64,000 nt of DNA from Myxococcota bacterium (GTDB lineage: Bacteria > Myxococcota_A > SURF-8), in the NCBI GenBank assembly GCA_963674735.2, contig CAXXQS010000001.1:1472001-1536000 (forward strand), written 5' to 3'. The notes below the pieces were generated by a model. It saw only the letters and a list, made by a program, of their open reading frames with translations, did not search any database and was not told the DNA's origin. Each line of letters starts with the position of its first letter. The first letter of the stretch is position 1. The translations under genes and the position numbers were made by a program. Of this stretch, positions 52,371-62,693 are shown in pieces.

Positions 52371-55300
52371 TTAGTTGAAACAGGGATCGTTCGAGGTTCC
52401 CGGCGTCGGTGTTGCACACACACCGAAATCCGTGCTGTTATCATCGGTGTCGTAGCCGTCCGGATCGCGTGCCAGGCTATTGCTGTTGCTGACATCCGTC
52501 GCTACGGAGCCTTCCCAGTCGTTAGCGCCGGAGCCGTACCCCAACGTGTCGACCGGGCTGTCATTCAGCAACAGGACGATCGAATCCGCGCCGTTTTGCC
52601 ACAAGGTGCCGTCATCGGACAGGTCACGGACCGCCGCCAAGCCGCTTTCCGCGCTCGGGTGGGCGATAACGAAAAAGCCGTCATCAGGAATCGTGGAACC
52701 GCTCAAGTCCAGGCTGTAATATTCATCGCTGCCGGGCTCCTGGCTGCCGTTGTTTGCCACCAACTCGTAGCCATTGAGCGACATACCGGGAGTGCCGTAA
52801 AGCTCCACGAATTCTTTCAGACTTTCGTCGCTATCCGGGGTGTCGTAATAAATCTCATTGATGACGACACCGCTGGTGACGCTCTCGCTATCACCATCCA
52901 CCTCGCCGTCTACATCACCGTCGACCATGACTTCCACCATATCGTCACTGTCGCGCGGCAACAATTTGTGGTTGCCGTAGCTGGCATAGAGGAAGCCGAC
53001 CAACGATGAGTAACTGGTTCCGAGAGCCGGATTACTGTAATCGTAAATCATATCATCGACCAGCAGATTACCGGTGACCTCGAACTCGTCGTAACTGTTT
53101 GCCGCGGTTGTAACCGCCACATTCTGCACCTCAACCAACATGCCCTGATACATCTGGGCGGTACTATCATCCGAGAGTTGTGCGGGAATATCCACCAGTT
53201 TGGGGGCCGACGCCGGGCTCGACATCCCGGTATCGGTGATTGTCCCCGAAAATCCCGTAGACGTTGTGATCTCAAGCTGGGTATTGCAAATACCGCTGCT
53301 GCAATACTCATCGTAATTGGCAAACAGATTGACGACCATGCCGGGCGTCAGGGTGCTGGGATCGACTCCCATCTCACCGGTGATGCTGTCGCTTTTCCAA
53401 ATCAGCATGACTGAATTATAGTGAGTGCTACCCGTACTGGTAACGAACGCACCGTAAAGGTTGCTACTGGCATTGACCAGGAAAGGATTCGACGATACGG
53501 CCGCATTATCGATCAAAACCGGACCTTCACCCGGATAGGCTCCACTTTCCTGCCATTGGATATCGAAGATTCGCACTTTCGGATACAGCGTCATTTCGCC
53601 ATCTTTGACCCAGACTTCCAGATCGCTGGTAACGAAATTACCGGTGGGATTGCCGAATGGATGATGCCATTGATCGGCACCGTCATTAAACAGGAAAACA
53701 AGGTCGGCAGCCTCGGGCAGGTCGACCTGAATCACCCACCATTCGGAAATCTCGGACGTCATAGCCAGACCCGGCGTCGTTGTCCAACTTCCGTTTTCAT
53801 CGCCATCCAAGCTGTAGTGCAGATAAGGCTGCGTCCATCCCGAGTTGAAGTGGATCGTATAAGTAACGGTCGGTCCCTCTACTTCCGCTTCATCCTCTAC
53901 TTCCATCTCGTCATCCAAGTCGCCATCGACCGTTGTGGAACAATCATCGTTGGTCGCGCCGGGGGTCGGATTTTCGCAGGCGATGAAATCGACGCTATTA
54001 TCATTGGTGTCGTAGCCGTCCGGATCGCGCGCGAGGCTCTTGGCGCCATAGACATCGTCGGCCGGAGTGCCTTCCGAATCGTTCGCGCCGGAACCGTAAC
54101 CCAGCGTATCGACCGGACTGTCATTGAGCAACAGGACGATCGAATCCGCGCCGTTTTGCCACAAGGTGCCATCGTCGGACAGATCGCGCAGCGCCGCCAA
54201 GCCGCTCTCCGCACCCGGATGAGCGATAACAAAGAAGCCATCCACAGGAATCGTGGAACCGCTCAAATCCAACCGGTAATATTCATCGCTACCGGGCTCC
54301 AAGGCGCCATTGTTCCCCACTAGTTCGTAGCCGTCAAGCGAAGCACCCGGAGTCCCGTAAAGCTCCACGAATTCTTTCAGACTTTCGTCGCTATCCGGGG
54401 TGTCGTAATAAATCTCGTTGATGACAACCACAGCGGATGTTTCAGTATCACCATCCACGATATCGCCATCGGTATCGCCGTCCACAATGTCGCCGTCGAT
54501 TTCGATCTCGGCTTCGGCAATGTCGCCGTCGGTATCGCCGTCCACAATGTCGCCGTCGGTATCGCCGTCCACAATGTCGCCGTCGGTATCGCCGTCCACA
54601 ATGTCGCCGTCGGTGTCGCCGTCCACGATGTCACCGTCGGTATCGCCGTCCACAATGTCGCCGTCGGTGTCACCGTCCACGGCAACGCAGCCAACGTTCT
54701 CGGAACCCGGAGTCGGATTCTCACAGATGATGAAATCGTTGCGATTGTTGTCGGTATCAACCCCATCCGGATCACGCGCCAAGCTATTATCGCCGAATAC
54801 ATCATCCGTTACCACGCCTTCAAAACGGGTAGCTCCAACGCCATAACCGAGAATGTCAACATCTTCGCCGCTGCAGCGTAAAATGACGGAATCCGGACCG
54901 TTTTGCAGATCGATGTCGTTGGTTGTCAAATCGCTGTTGGCGGCATAGATCCCAGTCGCCGCGCTATGCGTAATCACGAAATAACCGTCGTTCGGAATGC
55001 TTTTTCCGTTCAAGCTGACGGTAATGTATTCATTGTCATCGTTGCCGTTAACGCCGACGATCGAGCAGCCATCGAGGCTGGTTCCCGCCGGTCCGTACAG
55101 TTCGACGAAGATCTCGGTTCCATCGGTGCTCGGCTGATCGTACTTGATCTCGTTGATCATCAAGCCGGAAGGGTCGCCATCGCCATCCACAATGATATCG
55201 CCATCCACATCGCCGTCAATGGCTCCTTCGATCATATCGGAGGCGCTGCGCGGCGTCAGCTTGAAATCGTCGTAGCTGGTGAACAAGAAGCCGGTCAGAG

Positions 55301-57368
55301 TCGGATAGGTAATCCCGTAGGTGGGGCCGGTGTAAGCGTATAGCAGATCATCCACCAACAAACCGCCCGTAACCGTAAATTCGGCATACTGATTGGCCGC
55401 TCCGATAACCATTACGTCTTCAACACTCACGAGGGAATGCTGCCATTTCTCGGCATCCGCACCACCCGTTTTAACATCCGCCGGATTGACGATCTGCGCC
55501 GCAGGTACACTCTCGGTGTCACCCGTATCGGTAACGGATCCTTTATCGCTCTGGAAGGGAGTCAGCTCAATCTGGGTTGAACAAGAATCGTAATCATTAT
55601 CAATGCCGCACCATTCCGATATTTTACCGGTCACATCGATCACCATACCCGGCGACATCGCGGGCGGATCATAACCGTGTTCCGGCTCAGCCGAAGTGGG
55701 TTTCCAAGTCAGCAGGCAGCCCGTCCAGGCGCCACCACCGACATCGGAAACGAACACGCCTTTCAGATCGCCCGAAACCGTAAAGACAGCGGAGGTCACC
55801 ACAACACCTTCGATCGTCACTTGAACACCGGCCGAAACATGATTCGGGCTGTCCGGATTCTGAATGTCGTAAAGCTTCAATCCATCGGGGATGTCGATAT
55901 CGCCATCGGCCGAGCCACCCATGTCCGTTGCCGAACGCGGAAGGAGCTTGAAGTCGCCGTAGCTGGTGGACAAAAAGCCGTTCAGGGCTTCGTAAGTCGT
56001 ACCCACCGGCGGATTGAGGAAATCGTACAGCATATCATCCACCAGCAGTCCGCCGGTAACGGTGAACTCGTCGTAGCTGTTCGCCGCCGTAATAACTTCC
56101 ACATCCTCGACACTAATCAGGGAATGCTGCCACTGTTCGGCCAAAGAACCACCGGATTTGACATCGGCCGGGGCCACCACCGTCGGGGCCGGCACATCCG
56201 CCGTCTCGCCGGTATCAGTAACCGCGCTACCGGGTCCAAGCTCGATCTGCGTGGAGCAGTAAGGATAAGGATTCGCAGAATCGGTCCCGCAGAATTCTTC
56301 CGTATTACCCGTCACGTCGATCACCATGCCGGGGCTCATCGCAGGAGGATCGTAACCATACTGATCGTCGACCTCTGTCGGCTTCCAAGTCAGCATGCAG
56401 CCGCTCCAGGGACCGCCGCCGACGTCGGAAACGAAGATACCCATCAAACCGCTACTCGATACCTCGAAAGAATCGGAGGTGACCACGATACCTTCGACCG
56501 TGACCTCGGACCCAACTGTCGGATGGTCGGGGCTATCCGGATTCTGGATATCGGCCAAGGACAATCCATCAGCTGCTTCCAAGCCCAAATCAGCAGCCGA
56601 ACGCGGGGTAAGCTTGGATTCTCCAAACGAAACGTATAGGAATCCTGTAAGTTTAGGGAAGATCTGGCCATTCGTTACCGAGGCCTTATAAATCATATCA
56701 TCGACCTGCAGACCACCGGTCACCTCGAATTGGCCATAGCCCGTATCGGGATCGGTAACCGTGACATTCTGCACCTGAACCAGAGAATGCTCCCATTTGT
56801 ACATCAGCTCTCCACGCGTCGCGATCTTCGACGGATCGTCGATCACCTGCACTTGAGGAGCAGCGCCGGTCCCGGTAACTACAACTTCAGACAGTTCGAT
56901 CTGAGAAGAACAAATGGTTTCTTCGGTAACATCGGTTTCCTCGGTTCCGCAGAATTCGACGTACTCACCGATCACGGTCAATTCGTCTCCGACTACCGGA
57001 TCGAAGTCGATTTCCCCCTTCATCACGACGATCAAGCCGCCGTATTCTCCACCCGCAGGCTCCGCAATAAAAAAGCCCCGCAGGTTGGAACTCGGTGAAA
57101 CAACAATCTTTTCACTAGTGGCGACCACCCCCTTCAAGGTAACCACGGTACCCGGGTAAGGATGGTTGGCGCTCGTATCATCCTGAATATCGTAGATGGT
57201 CAAACCACCATCATCGCCGTCCGGGCTATCGCCATCGTCACCATCCGGGTCATCGCCATCGGAGTCGTTTCCGTCCCCACCACCGGTCGTACACGACACG
57301 GCCAGCACTACCCACAAAGTGCAGGCTAAAAGAACCAAAACAATGTTGACCCATTTCGCTCGTCTCAT
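52371..57368 (-). CDS. Giant multidomain lipoprotein: 4 OB-fold-like repeats, 3 lamin-tail domains, a CBM25/26-like module and DGD linkers
   Basis: Lipobox AVSC; repeats IYDIQ...KLxPRS; three INEIxYD...FVELYG domains; SGWTQPYLHY...WTTTPG..M...FNDG...W. Confidence 0.85.
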   Translation of the reverse strand: MRRAKWVNIVLVLLACTLWVVLAVSCTTGGGDGNDSDGDDPDGDDGDSPDGDDGGLTIYDIQDDTSANHPYPGTVVTLKGVVATSEKIVVSPSSNLRGFFIAEPAGGEYGGLIVVMKGEIDFDPVVGDELTVIGEYVEFCGTEETDVTEETICSSQIELSEVVVTGTGAAPQVQVIDDPSKIATRGELMYKWEHSLVQVQNVTVTDPDTGYGQFEVTGGLQVDDMIYKASVTNGQIFPKLTGFLYVSFGESKLTPRSAADLGLEAADGLSLADIQNPDSPDHPTVGSEVTVEGIVVTSDSFEVSSSGLMGIFVSDVGGGPWSGCMLTWKPTEVDDQYGYDPPAMSPGMVIDVTGNTEEFCGTDSANPYPYCSTQIELGPGSAVTDTGETADVPAPTVVAPADVKSGGSLAEQWQHSLISVEDVEVITAANSYDEFTVTGGLLVDDMLYDFLNPPVGTTYEALNGFLSTSYGDFKLLPRSATDMGGSADGDIDIPDGLKLYDIQNPDSPNHVSAGVQVTIEGVVVTSAVFTVSGDLKGVFVSDVGGGAWTGCLLTWKPTSAEPEHGYDPPAMSPGMVIDVTGKISEWCGIDNDYDSCSTQIELTPFQSDKGSVTDTGDTESVPAAQIVNPADVKTGGADAEKWQHSLVSVEDVMVIGAANQYAEFTVTGGLLVDDLLYAYTGPTYGITYPTLTGFLFTSYDDFKLTPRSASDMIEGAIDGDVDGDIIVDGDGDPSGLMINEIKYDQPSTDGTEIFVELYGPAGTSLDGCSIVGVNGNDDNEYITVSLNGKSIPNDGYFVITHSAATGIYAANSDLTTNDIDLQNGPDSVILRCSGEDVDILGYGVGATRFEGVVTDDVFGDNSLARDPDGVDTDNNRNDFIICENPTPGSENVGCVAVDGDTDGDIVDGDTDGDIVDGDTDGDIVDGDTDGDIVDGDTDGDIVDGDTDGDIAEAEIEIDGDIVDGDTDGDIVDGDTETSAVVVINEIYYDTPDSDESLKEFVELYGTPGASLDGYELVGNNGALEPGSDEYYRLDLSGSTIPVDGFFVIAHPGAESGLAALRDLSDDGTLWQNGADSIVLLLNDSPVDTLGYGSGANDSEGTPADDVYGAKSLARDPDGYDTNDNSVDFIACENPTPGATNDDCSTTVDGDLDDEMEVEDEAEVEGPTVTYTIHFNSGWTQPYLHYSLDGDENGSWTTTPGLAMTSEISEWWVIQVDLPEAADLVFLFNDGADQWHHPFGNPTGNFVTSDLEVWVKDGEMTLYPKVRIFDIQWQESGAYPGEGPVLIDNAAVSSNPFLVNASSNLYGAFVTSTGSTHYNSVMLIWKSDSITGEMGVDPSTLTPGMVVNLFANYDEYCSSGICNTQLEITTSTGFSGTITDTGMSSPASAPKLVDIPAQLSDDSTAQMYQGMLVEVQNVAVTTAANSYDEFEVTGNLLVDDMIYDYSNPALGTSYSSLVGFLYASYGNHKLLPRDSDDMVEVMVDGDVDGEVDGDSESVTSGVVINEIYYDTPDSDESLKEFVELYGTPGMSLNGYELVANNGSQEPGSDEYYSLDLSGSTIPDDGFFVIAHPSAESGLAAVRDLSDDGTLWQNGADSIVLLLNDSPVDTLGYGSGANDWEGSVATDVSNSNSLARDPDGYDTDDNSTDFGVCATPTPGTSNDPCFN
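54519..54680 (-). repeat. Six tandem 27-bp coding repeats (VDGDTDGDI)
   Basis: Unit AATGTCGCCGTCGGTATCGCCGTCCAC six times with few synonymous changes; further partial copies at about 54445-54498. Confidence 0.92.
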
Positions 57369-57475
57369 CTCACAGCCTCCTGATTGGTTAGGTCACCTTA
57401 TATTCACTAGTCTTCATTAACTGGTTACGCGTTGGCAACAGCTTCGCAGGCATGTCTATCAATGTTCTAAGATAA

Positions 57476-58051
57476 CTATGGTTTTCGCAGCTTTTCCAGC
57501 TCTGCTCGGATCGTCTCGGCCAGCGGTGAAGCTGGAGCCGATTCCCTCGTTTTTTCAAGCAATTGGACAGCTTCCGGCGTCGCTAGAACCCCCAAGGCAC
57601 GAACGGCCGCCTCCTGCTCGAAGTAATCCGCCGCTTTCACACGCGGCGCAATAATCGAAAATGCCTCCCCGCCAAAGCCGGTCGCCAAGGCAGCCAACGC
57701 ATGACGATGCAACATGGAAGCCAAGTGCCCCTTCCATTTCATCACGTCGGCCAGAAATACTTTGACTTTTTCCGAAGGGCGATACCCTAGAGCTAAAAGA
57801 GCTCGGGCTCGACGAATCGGCCACTGCTTCTCATCGGCAGCCAGCCGCATCAAGACGGCATTTCCCTCAGGTGAAAGCGCTTTCCAATCTTCGGCAGACG
57901 GAAAGTGTTCGATGCCGGACAGCATCGTCAACACCTGTCGTTCGAGTTTTGTGTGAGTTTCCCCCGCTTGATCCTGCGCATATACCAAAGAAACAGGAAT
58001 CAACAAGACCAAGCAAATCAAGACTATCATTACACGATGCCAGGCATTCAT
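57476..58051 (-). CDS. Exported HEAT-repeat protein
   Basis: Signal peptide; RARALLALG, ALAALA, EAAVRALG helical repeats. Confidence 0.7.
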   Translation of the reverse strand: MNAWHRVMIVLICLVLLIPVSLVYAQDQAGETHTKLERQVLTMLSGIEHFPSAEDWKALSPEGNAVLMRLAADEKQWPIRRARALLALGYRPSEKVKVFLADVMKWKGHLASMLHRHALAALATGFGGEAFSIIAPRVKAADYFEQEAAVRALGVLATPEAVQLLEKTRESAPASPLAETIRAELEKLRKP

Positions 58052-58186
58052 TGGCAGTCTCCTCGGTTCACGGTCGTTTGTGTCACTTGAGCAAACGGAT
58101 GGGGTCCGACCTGAACCGTGACGGACTCTAGCAGAAAGAATAGATTAGGTCAACGGGGGTTTTTTCAAAGACGATAAAAAATTGGT

Positions 58187-59257
58187 TTAATCGTCGTTCA
58201 GCATCCCAGAATCGAAATTCTCCAGTTTTGACTTTACCTTAGCGGGCGTGTACTTGACGCTTTTGCCGCGCAAGGCAGGGGCGTTGAACAGATCATCATG
58301 CAATATTTCTTCAAGGATCGCACGTAAACCGCGCGCCCCCACCCTTCGGCGGAAGGCAAAATCGGCGATTTCGTGCATGGCCGGACGGCTGATTTCCAGT
58401 TTGACCTGGTCCAACGAAAACAACTCTTTGTATTCACGGTACAAAGAATCCTGCGGTTCGGTCAAAATGCGCTCCAAATCCTTTGTTCCCAACACATCCA
58501 ACTGGGCCACCACCGGCAGGCGTCCTAGAAGTTCCGCAAGCAGCCCGTATTCGAGCAGCTGTTTATGCGTAACGCGTCTCGTATCGACCTTCCGGCTCAT
58601 GTTTTTTGAAAAGCCCAGCGGCCCGGACTGCCAGCGGCCACGCAAGTCGGTGAAGGTGCCGGCACAGATGAACAAGATATTGCTGGTATCGATTTCCACA
58701 AAATCATGCTTGTTCCAATGCTGGGTGACATTCATCGGCACGAAAAGACGCCGTCCTTCCAGCAGCTTGAGTAACGATTGCTGAACACCCTCGCCGCCGA
58801 TATCGCGGTTTCCGGCACCCGTTCGCATTCCACCCGAACGCCGCGCCACTTTGTCGATCTCATCCACAAATATGATCCCGCGCTCGGTGGCGGCCGTGTT
58901 GAGGTCGGCGGCGTGCAGCAACTCCCCCACCATGACCTCGGTATCTTTACCGTAATATCCGGCTTCGGTGTACTCGGTGGCGTCCACCACGACAAAGGGC
59001 AAATCGAGCAGAGTGGCCAACGTTCGAGCGAGATGGGTTTTGCCAACACCGGTTGGTCCGATGAGCAGAACATTGGATTTTCGCAGTAAAGAAGACTCAC
59101 CCAGGTGAACACGGCTTACGCGTTTCAGGTGATTGTAGGCCGCCAGAGCCATCACGCGTTTGGCGCGTGTTTGCCCGATCACATAGCGGTCCAGTCTATC
59201 GTAGATCTCCTCCGGAGTCGGCAGGGCTTCGATCAAGCGATCCTGGGGTTTGACCAC
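58187..59257 (-). CDS. clpX: ClpX-like AAA+ ATPase lacking the N-terminal Zn-binding domain
   Basis: GPTGVGKT, TEAGYYG, IFVDEIDK, GEGVQQSLLK, LGF loop, GARGLR. Confidence 0.85.
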   Translation of the reverse strand: MVKPQDRLIEALPTPEEIYDRLDRYVIGQTRAKRVMALAAYNHLKRVSRVHLGESSLLRKSNVLLIGPTGVGKTHLARTLATLLDLPFVVVDATEYTEAGYYGKDTEVMVGELLHAADLNTAATERGIIFVDEIDKVARRSGGMRTGAGNRDIGGEGVQQSLLKLLEGRRLFVPMNVTQHWNKHDFVEIDTSNILFICAGTFTDLRGRWQSGPLGFSKNMSRKVDTRRVTHKQLLEYGLLAELLGRLPVVAQLDVLGTKDLERILTEPQDSLYREYKELFSLDQVKLEISRPAMHEIADFAFRRRVGARGLRAILEEILHDDLFNAPALRGKSVKYTPAKVKSKLENFDSGMLNDD

Positions 59258-59381
59258 GGGCTTTCCTCCTGGTTAAGACGATCCATCCTTACCAGCATAA
59301 CATGAAGCCCATATCGACGACCATGATCTTTTTATTCTCTAGAAGTTGTGTCGCCACCCACTGTCGTGTAAACTCCCAGGC

Positions 59382-59752
59382 GGCCGAGGGGGGGAGGCAA
59401 TCGCGGTCCGTAAGGATGGAGGAAAGTCCGGGCTCCGCAGGGCAGGGTGCTGGATAACGTCCAGCGAGGGTGACCTCAGGGAAAGTGCAACAGAAAAAAT
59501 GACGCCCGGCTGGTCCGGGTAAGTGTGAAATGGTGCGGTAAGAGCGCACCGAAACGGCGGCGACGTCGTTTGCATGGTAAACCCCACCCGGAGCAAGACC
59601 GAATAGGGATGCATTCCCGGCTCGCCGGGATTAAGGATGGCCCGTCCGAGCATCCGGGTAGCGGTCGCTCGAGGCCCCCGGTAACGGTGGGTCCAGATGA
59701 ATGATTGCCCGCGCTTTGCGCGAACAAAACCCGGCTTACGACCCCCTCGGCC
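59382..59752 (+). ncRNA. rnpB: RNase P RNA (bacterial type A)
   Basis: GAGGAAAGTCCGGGC, GGAAAGTGCAACAGAAA, GGTAAGAGCGCACC, GGTAAACCCCACCCGGAGCAAG, AACAAAACCCGGCTTAC; P1 pairing GGCCGAGGGG/CCCCTCGGCC; T-run after. Confidence 0.97.
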
Positions 59753-59802
59753 CTTTTTTCGATTGCGTCTTCCCCGGCTACCGGCTTGACATCACATTCG
59801 TT

Positions 59803-60231
59803 TTATAGATCTTTGCGATAAAAGATCTCCCCTACCCCATCCCGATTGATTTCCGACCAGAAGCCGCATTCCCGGAATCCCGCTTTTCGATGCCAATTCT
59901 GACTAAGAAGATTGTCCGGCATCGTGGAACTCAAAACGAGCCGGTATCCGTTTCCAATCAAAAAGCTCTCGAAAAATCGAAGCATGGCGCGAGCAACACC
60001 GCGTCCTCGCTCGCTTTTCATCACCTTCAGTTGAGAAATCAACGGTTGGGTTGTCCAGACAAACTCAAACCGCAACAATCCGATCGGCTGATGAGCGAAC
60101 TCGGCGAGAATCACTTCTTTTTCGGCGATCTTGCGGGCCAAGGCCGCAGTCGAGGCATAGTCGTCGTGCCGGTCGCACCACTCCAGATCATTTTCTGAGG
60201 CGAAGCGGACAACGATTTCCCGTTCGTTCAT
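59803..60231 (-). CDS. GNAT-family N-acetyltransferase
   Basis: RGRGVA motif A, N...HRKAGF motif B. Confidence 0.85.
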   Translation of the reverse strand: MNEREIVVRFASENDLEWCDRHDDYASTAALARKIAEKEVILAEFAHQPIGLLRFEFVWTTQPLISQLKVMKSERGRGVARAMLRFFESFLIGNGYRLVLSSTMPDNLLSQNWHRKAGFRECGFWSEINRDGVGEIFYRKDL

Positions 60232-60591
60232 GCCTGCAATCCCTTCCATTTTCCAGTGGAATTGAATCCCGACTCGACGATAAATCCACCATCGATCACA
60301 ACTGAATCCGATTTTTCTTTCATTATCGAATGAATCTCGCTGGAAATCAAGATACAAGCGAATTCGGAAAAGGCGAACCCAAACCTCAAGGTCGTCTGCG
60401 TCCGATTTTTCGTAAATCAAGCTGCAAACAAACTTTTTTCCTTGTCCTTCCGCCGTGCTATCGGTTAGCTTGTCTAAACGCGCAGTTGACGAAACAACCG
60501 AAACTACGACCGTTTTGGCTTATGACCCCGTTTCCCGTTTCAGTGGATGAACGAGGCACATCAGCCGGGCGAAAGCGTCGAGGAGCCTAAG

Positions 60592-62262
60592 ATGGGCAAA
60601 TCCTACAAGCAAGAAAAAGCTCGCTGGGAATCCAGCACCCTTAAAAAATCACTCGATCGCTTTGCCGAACGGCAATCGTCTTTCGAAACATCGAGCGGCA
60701 TCCCCATCGAACGTCTGTACGGCCCCGAAGATCCGCAAGTCGACGCAACCTACCCGGATACACTCGGTTTTCCCGGCGAGTATCCGTTTACCCGTGGCGT
60801 GCAACCGACCATGTATCGCGGTCGTTTCTGGACAATGCGCCAGTACGCGGGCTTCGCCACCGCCGAAGAATCCAATCTCCGCTACAAACTGCTGCTGGAG
60901 CGCGGCCAAACCGGTCTTTCGGTGGCGTTCGATCTGCCCACGCAAATGGGGTACGACGCCGATGCCGCTCTAGCTCGGGGTGAAGTGGGCAAAGTCGGCG
61001 TCTCGATCTGCTCGCTGCAAGACATGGAGAAGCTGTTCGACGGCATCCCGCTTGACAAAGTCAGCACCTCGATGACCATCAATTCTACGGCGGCGATTCT
61101 GTTGGCCATGTATATCGCCGTCGCCGAAAAACAGGGAGTCGCCCCCGCCCAGCTGCGCGGCACCATCCAAAACGACCTTCTGAAAGAATACATCGCACGT
61201 GGCACCTACATTTTCCCGCCGCAGCCCTCCATGCGCATCATCACCGACCTGTTCGCCTACTGCAACGAGCAGGTTCCCAAGTGGAACGCCATTTCCATTT
61301 CGGGCTATCACATCCGTGAAGCGGGCAGCACCGCCGCCCAGGAAGTCGGTTTCACCATTGCCAACGGGATCGCGTATGTGGAAGCCGCCCTGCGTAAAGG
61401 TCTCGATCCCGACACCTTCGCCAGCCGCCTTTCGTTTTTCTTCGCCGCTCACAATAACCTGTTCGAAGAAGCCGCCAAGTTCCGCGCCGCCCGTCGGCTA
61501 TGGGCACGCGTGATGAAGGAACGGTTCGGGGCGAAGAAACCATCGTCGCTGCTGCTGCGTTTCCATACCCAAACGGCCGGTTGCACGCTTACCGCCCAGC
61601 AACCCATGAACAATGTTGTGCGTGTGACCTTGCAAGCTTTGTCCGCCGCACTGGGCGGAACACAGTCGCTGCACACCAATTCTCTCGACGAAGCCCTGGC
61701 CTTGCCGTCCGAGCAAGCCGTCACGTTGGCGCTACGCACCCAGCAGGTCATCGCCTATGAGTCCGGGGTCGGCGACACCATCGACCCCCTGGCGGGTTCG
61801 TACTTCGTCGAATCCCTTACCGACCAGATCGAAAAACTGGCCGAAGACTACATCCAGAAAATCGACGAGATGGGTGGTTCCGTAGAAGCCATCGAGCGCG
61901 GGTTTCAACAGAAGGAAATCCACGATGCCGCCTATGCCGAGCAGCGCCGTATCGAAGACGAAAAACAAATCGTGGTCGGAGTCAATCGTTTTCAAGATGA
62001 CAAGGAAAACCCCGTTCCGCTTCAGCGGGTTAGCGGCGAAGCCGAAGAGCGGCAGGTCGCCGCCTTGAAGACGCTTAGAGCCGAGCGGAATCAAAGTGAA
62101 GTCAATGCCGTACTCGCAGCCTTGAAAACGGCGGCTGGAAGCGAGGTGGACAACCTGGTTCCGCTCATCGTTCAAGCCGTCAAAGCTTACGCGACAGTGG
62201 GCGAAATCACCGATACGTTACGCGACGTTTACGGCCACTATCGCCCCCCAACCGACCTGTAA
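60592..62262 (+). CDS. Methylmalonyl-CoA mutase large (substrate-binding) subunit
   Basis: WTMRQYAGF (Tyr) and KEYIARGTY (Arg); no B12-binding domain; adjacent epimerase; ATG after GAGGAG. Confidence 0.92.
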   Translation: MGKSYKQEKARWESSTLKKSLDRFAERQSSFETSSGIPIERLYGPEDPQVDATYPDTLGFPGEYPFTRGVQPTMYRGRFWTMRQYAGFATAEESNLRYKLLLERGQTGLSVAFDLPTQMGYDADAALARGEVGKVGVSICSLQDMEKLFDGIPLDKVSTSMTINSTAAILLAMYIAVAEKQGVAPAQLRGTIQNDLLKEYIARGTYIFPPQPSMRIITDLFAYCNEQVPKWNAISISGYHIREAGSTAAQEVGFTIANGIAYVEAALRKGLDPDTFASRLSFFFAAHNNLFEEAAKFRAARRLWARVMKERFGAKKPSSLLLRFHTQTAGCTLTAQQPMNNVVRVTLQALSAALGGTQSLHTNSLDEALALPSEQAVTLALRTQQVIAYESGVGDTIDPLAGSYFVESLTDQIEKLAEDYIQKIDEMGGSVEAIERGFQQKEIHDAAYAEQRRIEDEKQIVVGVNRFQDDKENPVPLQRVSGEAEERQVAALKTLRAERNQSEVNAVLAALKTAAGSEVDNLVPLIVQAVKAYATVGEITDTLRDVYGHYRPPTDL

Positions 62263-62276
62263 CCGGGAGTTGAATC

Positions 62277-62681
62277 ATGATTCGCAAAATCGACCATATC
62301 GCCATCGGCGTCCGCGACCTCGACCAAGCCGTTTCGTTCTACCGAGACGCACTGGGCCTCGTTCCGTCCGCACCGGAAGACGTTCCGTCTCAAAAGGTAC
62401 GCGTCGTGATGATTCCGGTGGGAGAGGTCAAAATCGAATTGATGACACCGACCGCCGAGGATAGTCCGCTGGCGAAAAGCATGGCCAAACGCGGCGAAGG
62501 CATCCAGCATATCTGTTTCCGTTCGGACGATGTTGAGGGTGAACTGACCACATTGAAAAGCAAAGACATCGCCACGCTGCAAAACGCTCCCATCGAAGGC
62601 GCACACAACACTCTGGCGTTTTTCCTGCATCCTAAAGCCGCCAACGGCGTCTTATTGGAATTCAATCAAAAGAAGGCGTGA
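62277..62681 (+). CDS. mce: Methylmalonyl-CoA epimerase
   Basis: IDHIAIGV, IELM, GEGIQHICF, FLHPK..NGVLLE. Confidence 0.92.
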   Translation: MIRKIDHIAIGVRDLDQAVSFYRDALGLVPSAPEDVPSQKVRVVMIPVGEVKIELMTPTAEDSPLAKSMAKRGEGIQHICFRSDDVEGELTTLKSKDIATLQNAPIEGAHNTLAFFLHPKAANGVLLEFNQKKA

Positions 62682-62693
62682 TAAAAGATTACA

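Noticed and set aside
54445-54680. CRISPR-like direct repeats
   Set aside because: The 27-bp units are contiguous with no spacers, lie in frame within a CDS, and no cas genes are present.
59289-59727. Short minus-strand ORFs
   Set aside because: They are antisense to the RNase P RNA gene.
60232-60591. Cobalamin riboswitch upstream of the mutase
   Set aside because: No B12-box elements are visible.
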